Below are positions 39,578-53,285 of a stretch of 64,000 nt of DNA, in pieces. Numbering within the stretch: the stretch's first letter is position 1; every line of letters starts with the position of its first letter. A program made the translations under genes and the position numbers. Source of the stretch: Octopus sinensis (Eukaryota); assembly GCF_006345805.1 (NCBI RefSeq), contig NC_043006.1:37944001-38008000 (forward strand). The letters are read 5' to 3'. The notes beneath the pieces were generated by a model. That model saw only the letters and a list, made by a program, of their open reading frames with translations. It had not been told where the DNA came from and made no database searches.

Positions 39578-40092
39578 ATTATTTACATTTGACAGATATT
39601 TGTCCTCATCTTGTTTGTTGTTAACAACGTTTCAGCTGATATACCCTCCAGCCTTCATCAAGTGTCTTGGGGAAATTTCGAACCTGGGTTCACATTTCTA
39701 AGGTATTTTTCAATGTTATTATTATTATTATTATTATTCAGGTCACTGCCTGGAATCAAACTTGGAATCTTGGGGTTAGTAGCCCACACTCTTAACCACT
39801 ATACCCTATGCCTGTGGTGTAGTGGTTAAGAGTGCGGGCTACTAACCCCAAGATTCCGAGTTCGATTCCAGGCAGTGACCTGAATGACGACGACGCTGCC
39901 ACCGACGCCAACAACAACAACAACAACGTAAAATACCTTAGGAATGAGAACCCAGGTTTGAAATTCCCCAAGACACCTGATGAAGGCTGGAGGGTATATC
40001 AGCCGAAGCATTGTGTTAACAACAAACAAGATGAGGACAAATATCTGTCAAATGTAAATAATGTACATAATTCCTCATCTCTTAAATGCAGA
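39578..40092. mobile_element. Head-to-head pair of the tRNA-headed HHR retroelement, 13-bp TSD
   Basis: Minus copy at 39578-39812 and plus copy at 39813-40092. The plus copy has tagtggttaag A-box, gagttcgattcc B-box, a microsatellite, and gacacCTGATGAaggctg-gagggtatat-cagccGAAgc. acagtatgtctag is duplicated at 39565-39577 and 40093-40105. Confidence 0.85.
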
Positions 40093-42636
40093 ACAGTATG
40101 TCTAGGACTACATTATATAAATTGTCCTTCTGTTGTTTTTTGTTTCTTTTTTAATAATGGGGTGTAACTGGAGGAAGATTTAGCTACTGTTTTTAACAGT
40201 TGAAGCACCACCTGAAGCTCCATCTCTGGGTCAAGCTTTTGCAGGTTGATGCTTGAAACAAAGAAATGAATTTCAGGTGGTTGCAGACTTGCTAAAAACA
40301 GAGTTTGGGTTGTGTATTTAGTGCAAGGGTTTTTGTTGTAGTGGAAATGGTACATCCCTCCCATGGGACAAATGGTATGATACAGATCCAGCCACTACAA
40401 AGTGAGATAACATCAACCAGTACAGAGAGTCATGTGTCAGTTGTTGTAGAGTTGTTATATGAGTTCTCAGTTGGAGCTAAATATCAGTTATGTGTTATAG
40501 TTGAGTTCAAGTCACAGTCAAGGTAGATGGTTCAAAGTCAGTGTCTTGCAGAGCTATCAGGGATAGCATGATAGACAAAGCAGTGTGTTACCATTCTGTA
40601 CCAAGAAAATATCGTGGATACTAGAGTAGATACAACAGCTACAGTCACAATAGTGGCCACACATTATAAATGTGGAAAACACCACATCATAACAGTTTTA
40701 TATGGAGGTGGGTGAGATACAGCATGAAATGACATAAAGAGAAGGGTGTGTGTGCATGTGTGAATCAGTTAGGGGCTAGTCTGGTGTGATGCAACACAAG
40801 CAACATTGTTAGTAGAAGTATGGGATCATGCACTGTAACCCTATGTCATGGCATCCACCATTTGTTGGTGATTCCTTACTCTCGGTAGATGAATTTTGTG
40901 CCACTCGGGCAACAACCCTTCCATCTATGGGTCTGTTTGGGTAGTTGTTGCTGGTGAGGATTTTACGAAATCAGAGTGCAAATCCTACCGCTACCGATTT
41001 TAGTCACTTTTTACAACATGCAGAAGAAGCGTTGGGTCTATTCTTTGGTATGGTGGTCCCCACACAGCGCTACATAAATGTGAAATGACGTGTTTTGCTC
41101 AAGAACACAACATGCAACCCAATCTGGGAATTGAACCTACGATCTGGCGATCGTGAGTGCAATGACGTAACCATGAAGCTTAATGCCTTCACATTCTTAG
41201 CATGTTCCACCCCTGCCAAAAAAGGCTTAGCAGTATTTCTTCTGGCTCTTTATGTGCAGAGTTCAAATTCCACTAAAGTCAGATTTGTTGTTCTTCCTTT
41301 CAAGGTTGATAAATCAAAGTACCAGTTGAATATTGGAGGTTAATGTAATCGATTTCCCCATCCCCTCAAAACTGCTGGCTCTGCACCAAAATCAGAAACA
41401 GTCATTAGTTCAGAGGAGAAAGAGTCATTAAATGCCATGCTGTTAAATCTCAATAATGCAGTGTTGTATTGTTCAGTCACACATCATTAATCAAAAGAAT
41501 TTTAACCGCGACCATCAAATCGCTTTTGTTCAATGTGCCTTCCTTTTTATAAAGCAGTAGGTTGTTATTTCTAGTATGCCCAGTGACCATTTAGAGGCCT
41601 CTTTGTTGGTTTAACATTTAACACGGTTTTCAAATTTGCAGTGATAATCTTATGATGTGCAAATGTTTCCACTGCATATGCAAAACCATAAACATGTATC
41701 TGTTCCTTTTGAGCATGTGAACCAGATAATTTTTGCATGTAATTTGAAGTGCGTATTTGATGACGTCATAAATTTACATTCTACTTTGAATATTAAGGAA
41801 TACGAAGGAAAAATTTATATATGCAGCAAAGAGATTCGACCACAAAAATATTTATGATAATAAATAAATTTTCCCGCAGGGCTTGTGAATATTTCTGTTT
41901 TTTCCGAGATCATTTTGCAATGTATTTCGTGGGTGTTTTAAATGTATATTTTAGTTTGAATCTTGAAAAGATAAAATGTGATTAATATGTAAAGTTTACT
42001 GGCAAATATATTGAAATGAATAAAACATCACCACCACCAACACCATTACCGCCACCACAATATAAATATGTTATGTACACCAATCTCTGTACTTTATGTA
42101 AACACAAAAACTTTAGAAGCAATTTCGTCAAGTATTTCACAGCGACACATATTTGCATACCATGTGGTATCTTGAAATTGCAATGCAAGAATGATTACAA
42201 TGTGCAAATGTTTGCTTCTGGATTGCAAAACATACAAATCCATGAATTTAATAAACACCTGTAAATCTGTAATATTTTCTTTTTGTTTTTTGGGGGTTTT
42301 TTTGCTCTTTAGTTTTTGGCCTGTGTTTCATGGGGTTATCAGTAATATACTTGTGTACTGCTTTGAAATATTCAAGATGAAATGTAGCTAAAACAATTCA
42401 ATGTCTCCTCTGGAAAAGATGGCTTGGATTTGCTCGAGTCAAACTGCAGCATCCATCATGATTCTGCAAAACATATAATAAACCTGTAGAACCACATCTT
42501 GTGTTTCTACAGAGCTGGTGAATAAAAATTTCTCCTGGACAATTTATATATGTGATATTTATGTAAAGGTATCCATAAAAGTGGATCACAAAGGTATTCT
42601 TGCTTAGTTTGCTACCAATGTCTTGCAAATATTGTG

Positions 42637-42690
<54 letters not shown>

Positions 42691-43235
42691 CCTCTAATGG
42701 TATCACTAACTTTGAGAAGACCGCTAACTGCCGTGAAGTCTTTGTTTCTTCAGATACATTTTCCCTAAGTTATTCTGAATGGTTCATAATATACCTATAG
42801 AAGTCCCATCAAGCTTTGCCTCCAGGTGTTTGATGGGTGTTACTACATCTGGTTTTATCAAACACTCCAATCTATGTTTTTCTACAAGGTAAACCAAAAT
42901 ATATCATTATTTAACGTCTACTTTCCAAGCTGGCATGGGTTGGACGGTTTAACTGAGAACTGGTGAGCTAGAAGGCTGCACCAGGCTCAATCTGATCTGG
43001 CAAAGTTTCTACAGCTGGATGCCCTTCCTAACGCCAACCACTCTGAGAAGAGGGCCAATCAGGCGGTTCTGGCAATGACTATGCTCAAAAGGTGTTTTTT
43101 ACGTGCTACCTGCATGAAAGCCAATCCAGCGGCACTGGCAACAACCACGCTCAAATGTTGTTTTTCATATATGTAACCACATGTGAATCGTTGGCAATTT
43201 TTTTCCTCCGTCTACCTTTTCTATTGGACTTGCCT

Positions 43236-43270
43236 CTTTCTGATGAAGAGCTTTGCTCAAAACGTTAAAC
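43236..43270 (+). ncRNA. Decayed minimal hammerhead motif within a PLE-type repeat (about 43175-43360)
   Basis: cttt CTGATGA agagc-ttt-gctc aAAAC GTT aaa. GAAA has become AAAA, consistent with CpG decay. Confidence 0.55.
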
Positions 43271-43418
43271 CACCTTTCTTTCCTTCCCTGAGCGTCTTCT
43301 AATACTTTACATGTACCATGCCCTCACATTGTTGTTTGTGTTTGTTCTTCATTTTTGGGGATTTATATATATATATATATATGTGTATGATGCCTGTGTG
43401 CAAACAGCCATGCTACAT

Positions 43419-43481
<63 letters not shown>

Positions 43482-43489
<8 letters not shown>

Positions 43490-43772
43490 CCTGTGTGTGA
43501 ACAGCCTTGCTGCATGGCAGTGAAACATGGGCTGTGAATGCTGCAGACATTCGTAGGCTTGAAAAAAATGAAGCTAGTGTGCTTCGATGGATGTGTAATG
43601 TTAGTGTGCATATATGACAGAGTGTAAGGGCCCTGAGAGAAAAGTTGGACATAAGAGGCATCAGATGTGGCATGCAAAAGAGATGACTGCACTGGTATGG
43701 TCAAGTGTTGCATATGGATGAGGACAGCTGTGTGAAGAAGTGTTACACCCTAACAATGAAGGGAACCTGTGG
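43482..43772 (+). mobile_element. RTE-like LINE fragment with in-frame stops
   Basis: YDACV*TALLHGSETWAV..RRLEKNEASVLRWMCNV..LREKLDI..KR*LHWYGQVLHM (YGSETW and RL.WYGHV motifs). Confidence 0.88.
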
Positions 43773-44351
43773 TGCCTCAGCATGGCTGCAGTCTAATGAC
43801 TAAAACCAGTAAAAGGTAAAAAATAAAATGCACACACACTTATATAGATAGATAATGTACACTGGCTCAATGTACTGGGCCATCAGGTGATCAGATGAAT
43901 TCATTTCTGTTTGGCATTCCACCATCAAATATCTGAGAAAGGTAAAATTTATTCAGATTCCAAAAAAATGAAAAACAGAGGAAGAACTGAACTAGAAAAA
44001 AAAAAACGAAAAAAGAAAATTTTTTTTGTGTTAATTCAAATAACATTGGAAAGGGTCACAATCACAATCATCATCATCATTTAACGTCCATTTTCCATAC
44101 TACCATTGTGTGTAGGACAGATTAACATGAGCTGGCAAGCTTGGGAACTGCCCCCAGGCTTTAATTGCCTGTTGTGGCATGATTTCCAGTGTTACTGAGT
44201 GCTTTTCACATAGATGAGGTTCCTTAAATGTGGCACTGGCACAGGTGCGTTTTATGTGGCACTAAGACAGGTGCCTCAGAAAAAATTTAATTCAGCAACC
44301 TTATGGATCAAAAAATTAAGATGGGAAGGAAATAACTGGGATGCTTTAGAT

Positions 44352-45042
44352 CAGTGGTTCCCAAACACTTTCGGGCGGCTGCCCCTTGACACCCAGGCCA
44401 CATTCCTAGCACCTCCATCCCAACTAACCATCACAAACATAAACCTCTTTCTGAAGCAAATTCAAAGCAACTGTATTTCACAAATAAAACTTAACCTAAT
44501 AAACCCATTATTTTGTTGCTTATACATGAATTGCTACTCTATTATCGCGCCACTTTTTACATGACTCTCTACCCCATTATTGCCCCACTTTTTACACAAA
44601 TTGCTACCCTATTATTGCCCCACTTTTTACATGAATCTCTACCCCAGTATTGCCCCACTTTTTACATGAATCTCTACCCCATTATTGCCCCACTTTTTAC
44701 ACAAATTGCTACCCCATTATTGCCCCACTTTTTACATGAATCTCTACCCCAGTATTGCCCCACTTTTTACATGAATATCTACCCCATTATTGCCTCACTT
44801 TTTACATGAATCTCTACCCCGTTATTGCCCCACTTTTTACATGAATATCTACCCCATTATTGCCTCACTTTTTACATGAATCACTACCCCATTATTACCC
44901 CACTTTTTACATTAATTTCTACCCCATTATTGCCCCACTTTTTACAGAAATTGCTACCCCATTATTGCCCCACTTTTCTTCAATGCCTCCTTGGAACCTC
45001 TCCCCACCCAGGGGCAAATACTGCCCACTATGGGAATCACTG
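44352..45042. mobile_element. hAT-like MITE containing a 35-bp minisatellite
   Basis: TIRs cagtggttccca / tgggaatcactg. The 8-mer ctttagat occurs at 44344-44351 and 45050-45057. About 13 units of ttgccccactttttacatgaatctctaccccatta. Confidence 0.85.
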
Positions 45043-45517
45043 CTCACTACTTTAGATCACAGGCCTATGCTAGATTTCGGTTGATCTGAGTTAAATAACA
45101 ACAAAGAAGAAAGAAAAACCTGAAAGAAAGAAAGAAAAAAAAGAAAGAAAGAACCTGGTAATGACAACAATGAGATTGGTACTATCAAGGACAACAATGT
45201 TGACAACAGCAACAACATCATTTAGTGTTCGAAGCAAAGTGAAAAGGTAAAATGGGTGGACGGGGAGAGGAGGAGGAGGCAGATGGGAGGTTTGGAATTT
45301 TTAACATTGAAATCTCCTTAATGGCAGGAACTACTCAAATATGTCATATGTTAAGATAGGCTGCACGTGTGTGCATGTATGTGTGTGTGTGCATGTGTGC
45401 GTATCACGTGTGTGTGAGTACGTGCATGCATATATGTGTGCATACCTGTGTGAGTCTTTGTGCATGTATGTATGTGCATGTATTTGCATGTGTTTGAATG
45501 AGCAAGAATATGCCTCA

Positions 45518-45562
<45 letters not shown>

Positions 45563-47487
45563 ATATGCATATGTATATATATATGTATATATGCATATAT
45601 ATGTATATATATGCATATATATGCACATATATATGCATGTATATATATATGCACATATGTAGCCAAGTGTATGTATGTGTACATGTTTGTTTACGTACAT
45701 GTATGATTATATATGTGTGTGCAGACATATATTTGCATGTATTTGTTTGAATGTGTATGACCTTGTATGTGTGTATATATATATATATACGTGTGTGTGT
45801 GTATGTGTGCGTATGTGTATGATATTGTATACTTGTGTGGCATGTGTGTATGTACATGTGTGTAGAGTGTGTATGTACATGTGTGTAGATTTAGATTCAT
45901 GTATATTGGTATTTATAAGTGTACATGATTGTACATGCAAATACATGTTTGTATATATGCATAAAATTGTGTGTGTGTGTGTGTGTGTGTGTGTGGATGG
46001 ATGACTGCGTCTAAGTTTGTGAGTGCATTTCTTTGTGTGTATGTGTGTGCATGTGCTTGTATGCGTATATGAATGGATGTTTATGCATCAGGATGCATGT
46101 ATAGTTGTTGCTGAGCTGTTGCATCTCATCATCATCCTCATCAGCATCATCGTCATTGTCATCATCATATTCATACCTTTATCATCATCCTCATCCTCAT
46201 CATCACTGTCATCATCATCATCATCACCATCTTCATTGTCAATTCATATTATCATCATCACTGGCATCATCATCACCACCACCACAACCACCACCACCAT
46301 CACTTTCATCATCATCATCACAACCAACACCATCATCATCATCACCACCACCACCATCATCATCATCACCACCATCATCATCACCACCTTCGTCATCATC
46401 ATCATCATCATCATCATCATCACCTTTACCATCACCATCATCATTTAACGTCCACCTGAACCATGATGATGATGATGATGATAACATGCACGCACTCGTT
46501 GCCAAGTATACATAGGTGCTGATGCACATACTCATATACATTCATTCATCCATGCACACACACACACACATGTATATGCATTTGTGAATGTCAGCCTGCA
46601 TGCATGTATTGTGCATGCATGCACTTCTGTTTGGCTGTTACATGCATCTGCATACATGCGTGTGCATATGTTATCCTTAGCAACGATGGAGTGGATTTCA
46701 TTTCATTTCAAGAAAATTACCACGGTGACAGAAAGTGTGATAAAGGATACTGTGACAGCAGAACATTTGGTGGGATTGGCGACAGAGGAGGTGGTGGTCA
46801 TGAGGAGATTAAATGATGGAGGTAGACAGAGAGAGAGAGAGATTGGTGGTGTGAGAGGTAGTGTGAAGGTTACTGAGTGATGTAGAAAAAAGTAGGAAAA
46901 GGGATTGCGAGAGGAGGGTGGGGTGGGATAAGAAAGAAACAGAGAGATGCAGAAAGAGAGAGAGAGCTTAAGGGTTTAGGAAAGTAGATGGCGGAGTTGT
47001 GAATGTAGGATTTAGAAATATGAGAAGCAGAGAGGAGAGAGAGAGAGAGAGAGAGTGTGTGTGTATGTGTGTGTGTGGGTGTGTAATTTAAGAAGGAAAT
47101 CAGAGGGAAATATTGAGACAGGGAGTGATTTAAATAGAGAGGTGAGGGAGAGAGAAAGAGAGAGTGACATAGAAAAGTGATGGAGTGGTAGAAAGAGAAT
47201 GAGAGAGAGGGTGACTCAGAAAGACAGATGATGTAAAAGAGAAAGGGAGAGGCAGAGGATTTAGAAAGATTGTGAGATAAAGGACGTTGTTACCAAGGAT
47301 TTGATTGTGTGTGCACATGTGTGCGTGTGTTTGTGTGCACATGTGTACATGCGTGTGTGTGTGTGTGTGTGAGCACAACTGCTATAACATTATAGTAAAC
47401 TCAGCTGCAAGATAATCTTATAAGTGTGTGTTTGTGCGTCTTTAATAAATATATATCAAGCCATTCCATGAAAGATAGGCACCTTTG

Positions 47488-48362
47488 TTAATCCTTCAGC
47501 ATTTAAAATGGCCACATCCGGCCCAGATAGCCTGCCTGTTTTATGTTGAAACTAGCTGCATCGAACCTCTCACACATTACAGTGTCACACTAAAGACTAA
47601 ACAATCACATCTTCAAAATCTCAAAGCTATGGGATGATGTATCATTAAGTCAAAACAATGTAGGGGAGGGGGCTCTGAAAGGGGTTTCAGGGAGTAGCAT
47701 TCCTGCCTTCCTGAGCTAGTTTTCCACCATTTCTTAAAACCCGTGATAGAGGCTTTGGTCATGGGACCACTCATGTCTAGAAACTGAAGTTGGGGGTAAG
47801 CAAGGGCATGCTTCCCGTAGAAAATCCAGCTCCAAAAAGGCCTCATGACAGCAAAGGAGAATGGGCACCAGCCAGCCAGCCAGCCAGCCCAAAAGTTGGG
47901 GTAGGCTGCACCTGCCTACATCGGTTGCTATGGCATAGCAGTAGATCTGGTCATCTCAGTTAATGGAGAGAAAACCCAGATTTAAAACACTGGATGATGA
48001 TGATGATGAATGTAAGTAAATAAACTTGAGAATCCCACGCTGGTGTCAAGCCTATGCTGCCACCTTGTAAAGAGCACTGGTGCCACTTTAAAAGCATCTG
48101 TGTTGGTGCCACATAAAAAGCTTCTTGCTGGTGTCTCAGTAAAGTGGTTGGCATCAGGAAGGGCATCCGGCCATAGAAACCTATGTCAAAACAGACAACT
48201 GGGGCCTGGTGTAGCTCTCTAGCTTACCAGCTCCCGTCAAAACCATCTAACTCATGCCATGATAGAAAATGAACTTTAAATGATGATGATGGTGATGATG
48301 ATAGTGGTGATGATGATGATCATGATGATTTGACAGAGTAATCTGGGTGCTGAGGGGTCAAA
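47488..48362 (+). mobile_element. Old piggyBac-like MITE with two nested retroposons
   Basis: Left end ttaatccttcagcatttaaa..ggccacatccggcc, right end gacagagtaatctgggtgctgaggggtcaa. A GC-richer (GAT)n-tailed insert at about 47661-48008 and a family D copy at about 48050-48330 lie inside. Confidence 0.55.
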
Positions 48363-48877
48363 CTACCAGTTTCTCTCAGTGTCTCCAATAAAAAAAGATC
48401 CACTTGCTAGATTCAATATTTATTAAGGGCTCTGAGACGTTCTGGCATGGTCATTTTGGAACTATGGATTCAAATGCCGACTATTTGACACCAGATCTTT
48501 TAATGTTTCTCTCTCATTCCATCTGTCTGTCTCTCTCTCTCTCTGTTTTTGTATGGAGCTCATTTTACTCAATGTGTGCGTGTGTTTATGTCAACTGTGC
48601 ACAACTAATAAACTGTCATCTCTCTCTCTCTCTCTTTCCCTCCCTTTTTCTCTCCGATCTATATGTATGTGTACACTTCTGCATGTCTGTGTTTGACTCC
48701 AATGCCAAAACATACTGAATATCCAGATATCCAGTCAGCCGTGCCAAATCATCAGCTGTGAAACAGCTCCACCCAATCATCTCATTCTGTTTATTCAGGA
48801 CTAATCAGTTACAGGTTACTCATTCCTCTTCACAGAAAGAATAGCAATTTATAGGTATTTACAGTAATAGTATAAGC

Positions 48878-49290
48878 TGTGAAGGCACATGGCTTAGTGG
48901 TTAGTGCATTCGGCAAACAATCGTAAGGTTGTGAGTTCAATTCCCAGCAACGCGTTGTGTCCTTGAGCAAGACACTTTATTTTACATTTATTTCCAGTCC
49001 ACTCAGCTGGCAAAAATGAGTAGTGTCATACTGAATCTCCCTGAGAACTACCAGCAGTTACCATGCATACCAACCTCCCCTCTCCATGCCACTGATGTTG
49101 TCCAAGGGAAAGGCTGATACAGCTTGGCACTAGTGACATCACAACTCATTTCTACAGCTGAGTGAACTAGAGCAACATGAAATAAAGTGCCTTGCTCAAG
49201 AACACAACATGCAGCCCGGTCTGGGAATCGAACTCACCACCTCACGATCGTAAGCTTGATGCTCTAACCACTGAGCCATGCACCTTCACT
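48878..49290. mobile_element. Convergent pair of tRNA-headed SINE 5' halves
   Basis: Plus head gtgaaggcacatggcttagtggttag at 48879 and minus head ending gccatgcaccttcac at 49289. Junction near 49050. Confidence 0.8.
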
Positions 49291-50227
49291 TTGGCAGAAT
49301 AGTGCAAATTATAAGTTATTATTTTCTCTGTTGACAACCATAAATGATCACTGACGAGGCAATTAGAAATACTGAAACTAGCCACTTTGATCTCAGTAGT
49401 GTTGTCATTAGGCCAGTGGTTAGAACAACAGATGACAGGTAAAATATAGATGTAATTGCTTCTCTCGCTCAAGAAATTCCCACCTGAAAACACTTGGATA
49501 GAATACCAAGTTTAAAATCTTGTGCCAGTGGGACAACTAAGATTAAGAAAAGAATCCAAACATCAAATAAAGTCTGCAGGGAAGAAACATTTCCTTAGAA
49601 ATTTTTCTAACAACTGGTCAATTATTCCAATGTACAGCTTTATGAATATTTTACCAAAAGTCTGTTTAATTGAACAAAATGTTTTAGCAGTTGTTTACAA
49701 AACTCAGATTTCTTATCTTAGATCTTAACAAGATTGATCGAGCATTCCATAATAAATTGTAAATCAATTGCAAAATTAATGATAGCATACATAATTACAT
49801 ATTAATAATAACATACCTAATTACTTACTCTGCATTTTTTATCATTTTCAGCTGCCTTCAGGCTAAACAAACGTAACATCATTATCACCAGCATGCTTTA
49901 CATTAACTTTTCTCTGTTAACGATCACAATGTAATTCGGTCTGATGCATTTTCTGTATAATTTAACTTCATGCTTGTTCTTTTTTTTTCTCTCTAAATGT
50001 TTTTAAAATTACATCAACCTTTAGTGGCTAATAAAGAAAATAACCACCACCACCACCACCACCACCACCACTACTGGCACCACCACAACCACCATCACCA
50101 CCACTGCCACCGACATCATCATCATTTTAACGTCCATTTTCTTGGGTTGGACTGAGTCTACTGAGGTAAATTTTCCTATGGATGGATGTCCTTCCTGTCA
50201 CCAAACCTCATCTGTTTTCAAGCAGGT

Positions 50228-50460
50228 TAATTGCTCTACTGGTCACTCTTTACAACACCTGTCTGTGTTCAGATTGTCCTTGCACAGGGGCCATCCAGAC
50301 TTCTGTCTTCGCCGTGAGCAGGGATTAATCTTCTCTCTTTGCTCCTTTGTGCCACATGGGGTTAACTCTCCTCCCCTCTTTATCTAACCCACTTCCTCTC
50401 TCCTCTCTTGTTCTAGCACCTACTTCCTCTCTTCACTCCTACCCACCTTCTCCCTTCTCC
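50228..50460 (+). mobile_element. Penelope-like (Neptune-type) GIY-YIG C-terminal remnant
   Basis: STGHSLQHLSVFRL...RREQGLIFSL...PHGVN matches the H..HS..L.V..L / EQ.LIF.L....P.GLN ending of PLE endonucleases. Confidence 0.65.
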
Positions 50461-50479
50461 GATGATAATAATGATGATA

Positions 50480-50525
<46 letters not shown>

Positions 50526-52101
50526 TATATATATATATATACATATCTATATATACATATATATAGTTATATATGATGGGCTTCTTTCAGTTTCGGTCTA
50601 CTAAATCCACTCACAAGATCTTGGTTGTCTCAAGGCCACAGTAGATGTTTGCTCAAGGTGCTGTGCAGTGTGACTGAACCCAAAGCCATGTAATTGCACA
50701 GCAAATCTCTTAACCACACAGCCACATAAAACTATATAAAAAATGCACTCTGTAGACACTGCAGAGTGGCTGGCATTAGGAAAGGCATCCAGGTGTAGAA
50801 ACCATGCCAAAACAGACTATGGAACCTGGTGCGGCTCCTGGCCTTACCACCTCCTGTCAAACTATCCAACCCATACCAGCATGGAAAATGGATCTTAAAT
50901 GATGATATTGATGATGATGGTGGTAGTAATGAGAAAAATTGTAGAGGGCATACTAATTGACCTTTTGCAGACACTTTTGGAATGGTGTAATTGATGGAAT
51001 TAATGCTGTAGGACTGAATTTCAGTAGATAATATTGAATGTGGGTGAGTGTGCGTGTGTGTGTGCATGCATGTATGTATGTGTGGACATGCGCCTAAGGG
51101 CATATTTGTGTATGAGTAGATGTGTTTGTCTGCATATGTATGGAAGAAAACACTTGAACACATCTGAAAGAGGTAGAATGAAAGATAACCCACAAAATAC
51201 ACACACACACACACACACACACACAATTTCCAATTTGTCTGAGAGTAAAATTATAAATTGTCTGAGAGAGTTTAGTGGCTTTCTTCCAAGATAACGAAGC
51301 TCATTCAAAGTTAATAAAGAAAATATTATCCCCATTGTTCCGATTCAAATGAAGGGATTGATAACACATTATTGAATGTGTTCTGTACTTCATTTTACCA
51401 ATATATATATTCAAGAGAGGTGTTTTTATATCAAGTTACAAGATTTGAAGACAAAAGTAGATTACCGTCATTATTATCATTATTATTATATTAAGGCACA
51501 GAATTGTCAGAATTGTTAGCATACTGAACAAAGTACTTGGTGGCGTTTTGTTCACCTTAATATTCTGGGTTCAAATTCCATCAAGGTTGACTTTACCTTT
51601 CGTTCTTTCAGGGTCGATAAAAGAAGCACTTGTCAAGCACTGTGATTGAAGTTATCGACTAGCACAATACCGCCAAATTTTAGGCCTTGTGCCTTAGTAG
51701 AAAGGACTATTATTATCATACTAAGGCAGCAAGTTTTCAGAATTTTTAGCTCACTGAACAAAGTGCTTAGCAGCATTTCGTCCATCATAACATTTTGAGT
51801 TCAAATTCCATCGAGGTTGACTTTGCCTTTCATCCTTTCAGGATTGATAAAATAAGTACCAGTTGAGTACTGGGGTCAATGTAATTGCATCGGGGCAGCA
51901 GAACCATTTGTATGGCAGGTAAAATGCTTAGCAACATTTCATCTGTTTTCACATTCTATGTTCAAATTCCACAAAGGTTGACTCTGCCTTTCATCTTTTC
52001 AGGATTGATAAAATAAGTACCAGGTGCATACTGGGGTCAATGCAATAAGCCTACCTACTTCCCTGAAATTGTTGACCTAATACCAAAATTTAAAACCATT
52101 A

Positions 52102-52148
<47 letters not shown>

Positions 52149-53039
52149 CTAAAGCAGTGAGCTGGCAGAATGGTTAGCACATTGGACAAAATGCTTAATG
52201 GCATTTTTCTGGCTTTTTTCAAATGTAACTGAGGTAGACTTTGATGAGCATATCTTTGAGGTTGGTAAAATGTTGTGTGAGGGAACTGCAATGTGGGGAA
52301 ATAAAAACAATTCGCCTACTTTCTTGTCGTTTTGCCGTCCAGCTGCACTCAATCCAAAACTCACACCCATGTGGCAGCTGCTAGTACCTTTAACTACCAG
52401 CTCATTCCCCTCATGTCAATTTGTTGTGAGCACCCACGGCAAAAGAGGATGGCCCCTAGTCTTCCTTCCCTCACTTCCTCTCTCACCCTTCCTGTTCCGG
52501 TCAAGCTCTTTGACTGTTGACGACACAGCTCTTTCCTTCCGGCTCATTTCATCCCCATATATAGTAAGTACCAGCTGAGTACTGGAGTTGAGCCTTATGC
52601 ATAATGTAGAAAATATTAATATTATTATTGCTGTTTGTAATTTTTGAGAGCATGTCTTGGCTTTGACCATTCTATAGCATATAAATGTTTCTATGTGCAC
52701 GTGTGTGTGCACAAACACACACACACACACACACATATACAATGGGCTTCCACACAATTTCCATCTACCAGATTTACTCACAGGGCATCAACCACTTTGA
52801 GGTTGACCAACACCTTGTGATAGAATTTGGTAGATGGCAACTATTGCCTGACCAATACTGAAGATACAGTAGAAGACACATGCCCAGGTGCTGTGCAATG
52901 GGACTGAACCCAAAACCACATGGTCGCAGAGCAAGCTTGTTAACCACATAGCCATGCATGCTGTAAAATATAGACATAACAGACCAGAGATAATGATCAG
53001 AGATGGAGAAAAGGAAGAAGAAATGCTTGCTATTGTAGT

Positions 53040-53285
53040 ATTCAGTTGTTCTACAGACATTACTGTAATATTTAAAGAAAGCAGAAACCATCAATGCTGA
53101 ACTAATGAGAAATCTGCAAACGCTACACTAAGATCAACACCTGTGATTATTGGAGTACTTGTTAACATCAGCGCCAGTCTTGAGAATCTGGGGTTCACAA
53201 AGCCAGAAAATATTTGACTAATTAAGAAACTACAATAATAAACCATTAGTAGAATGGTGATAATATGCAGAAGAATATAAGAAGG
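53040..53285 (+). mobile_element. Degenerate RLE retrotransposon C-terminus
   Basis: TPVIIGVLVNISASLENLGF...IKKLQ...IICRRI* resembles the P.IIGALG...LQK...I.RR ending. Confidence 0.45.

Noticed and set aside
39813-39882. Functional tRNA gene
   Set aside because: Acceptor and T stems pair poorly and the sequence is embedded in a multi-copy element. The same applies to all SINE heads in the window.
43850-43935. Minus-strand exon candidate (YLMVECQTEMNSSDHLMAQYIEP)
   Set aside because: Plausible acceptor but no convincing donor and no recognisable homology.
44540-44980. CRISPR-like array (35-bp period); likewise the 82-bp array at 36204
   Set aside because: Units are contiguous with no unique spacers, sit inside MITEs, and the DNA is eukaryotic with no cas genes.
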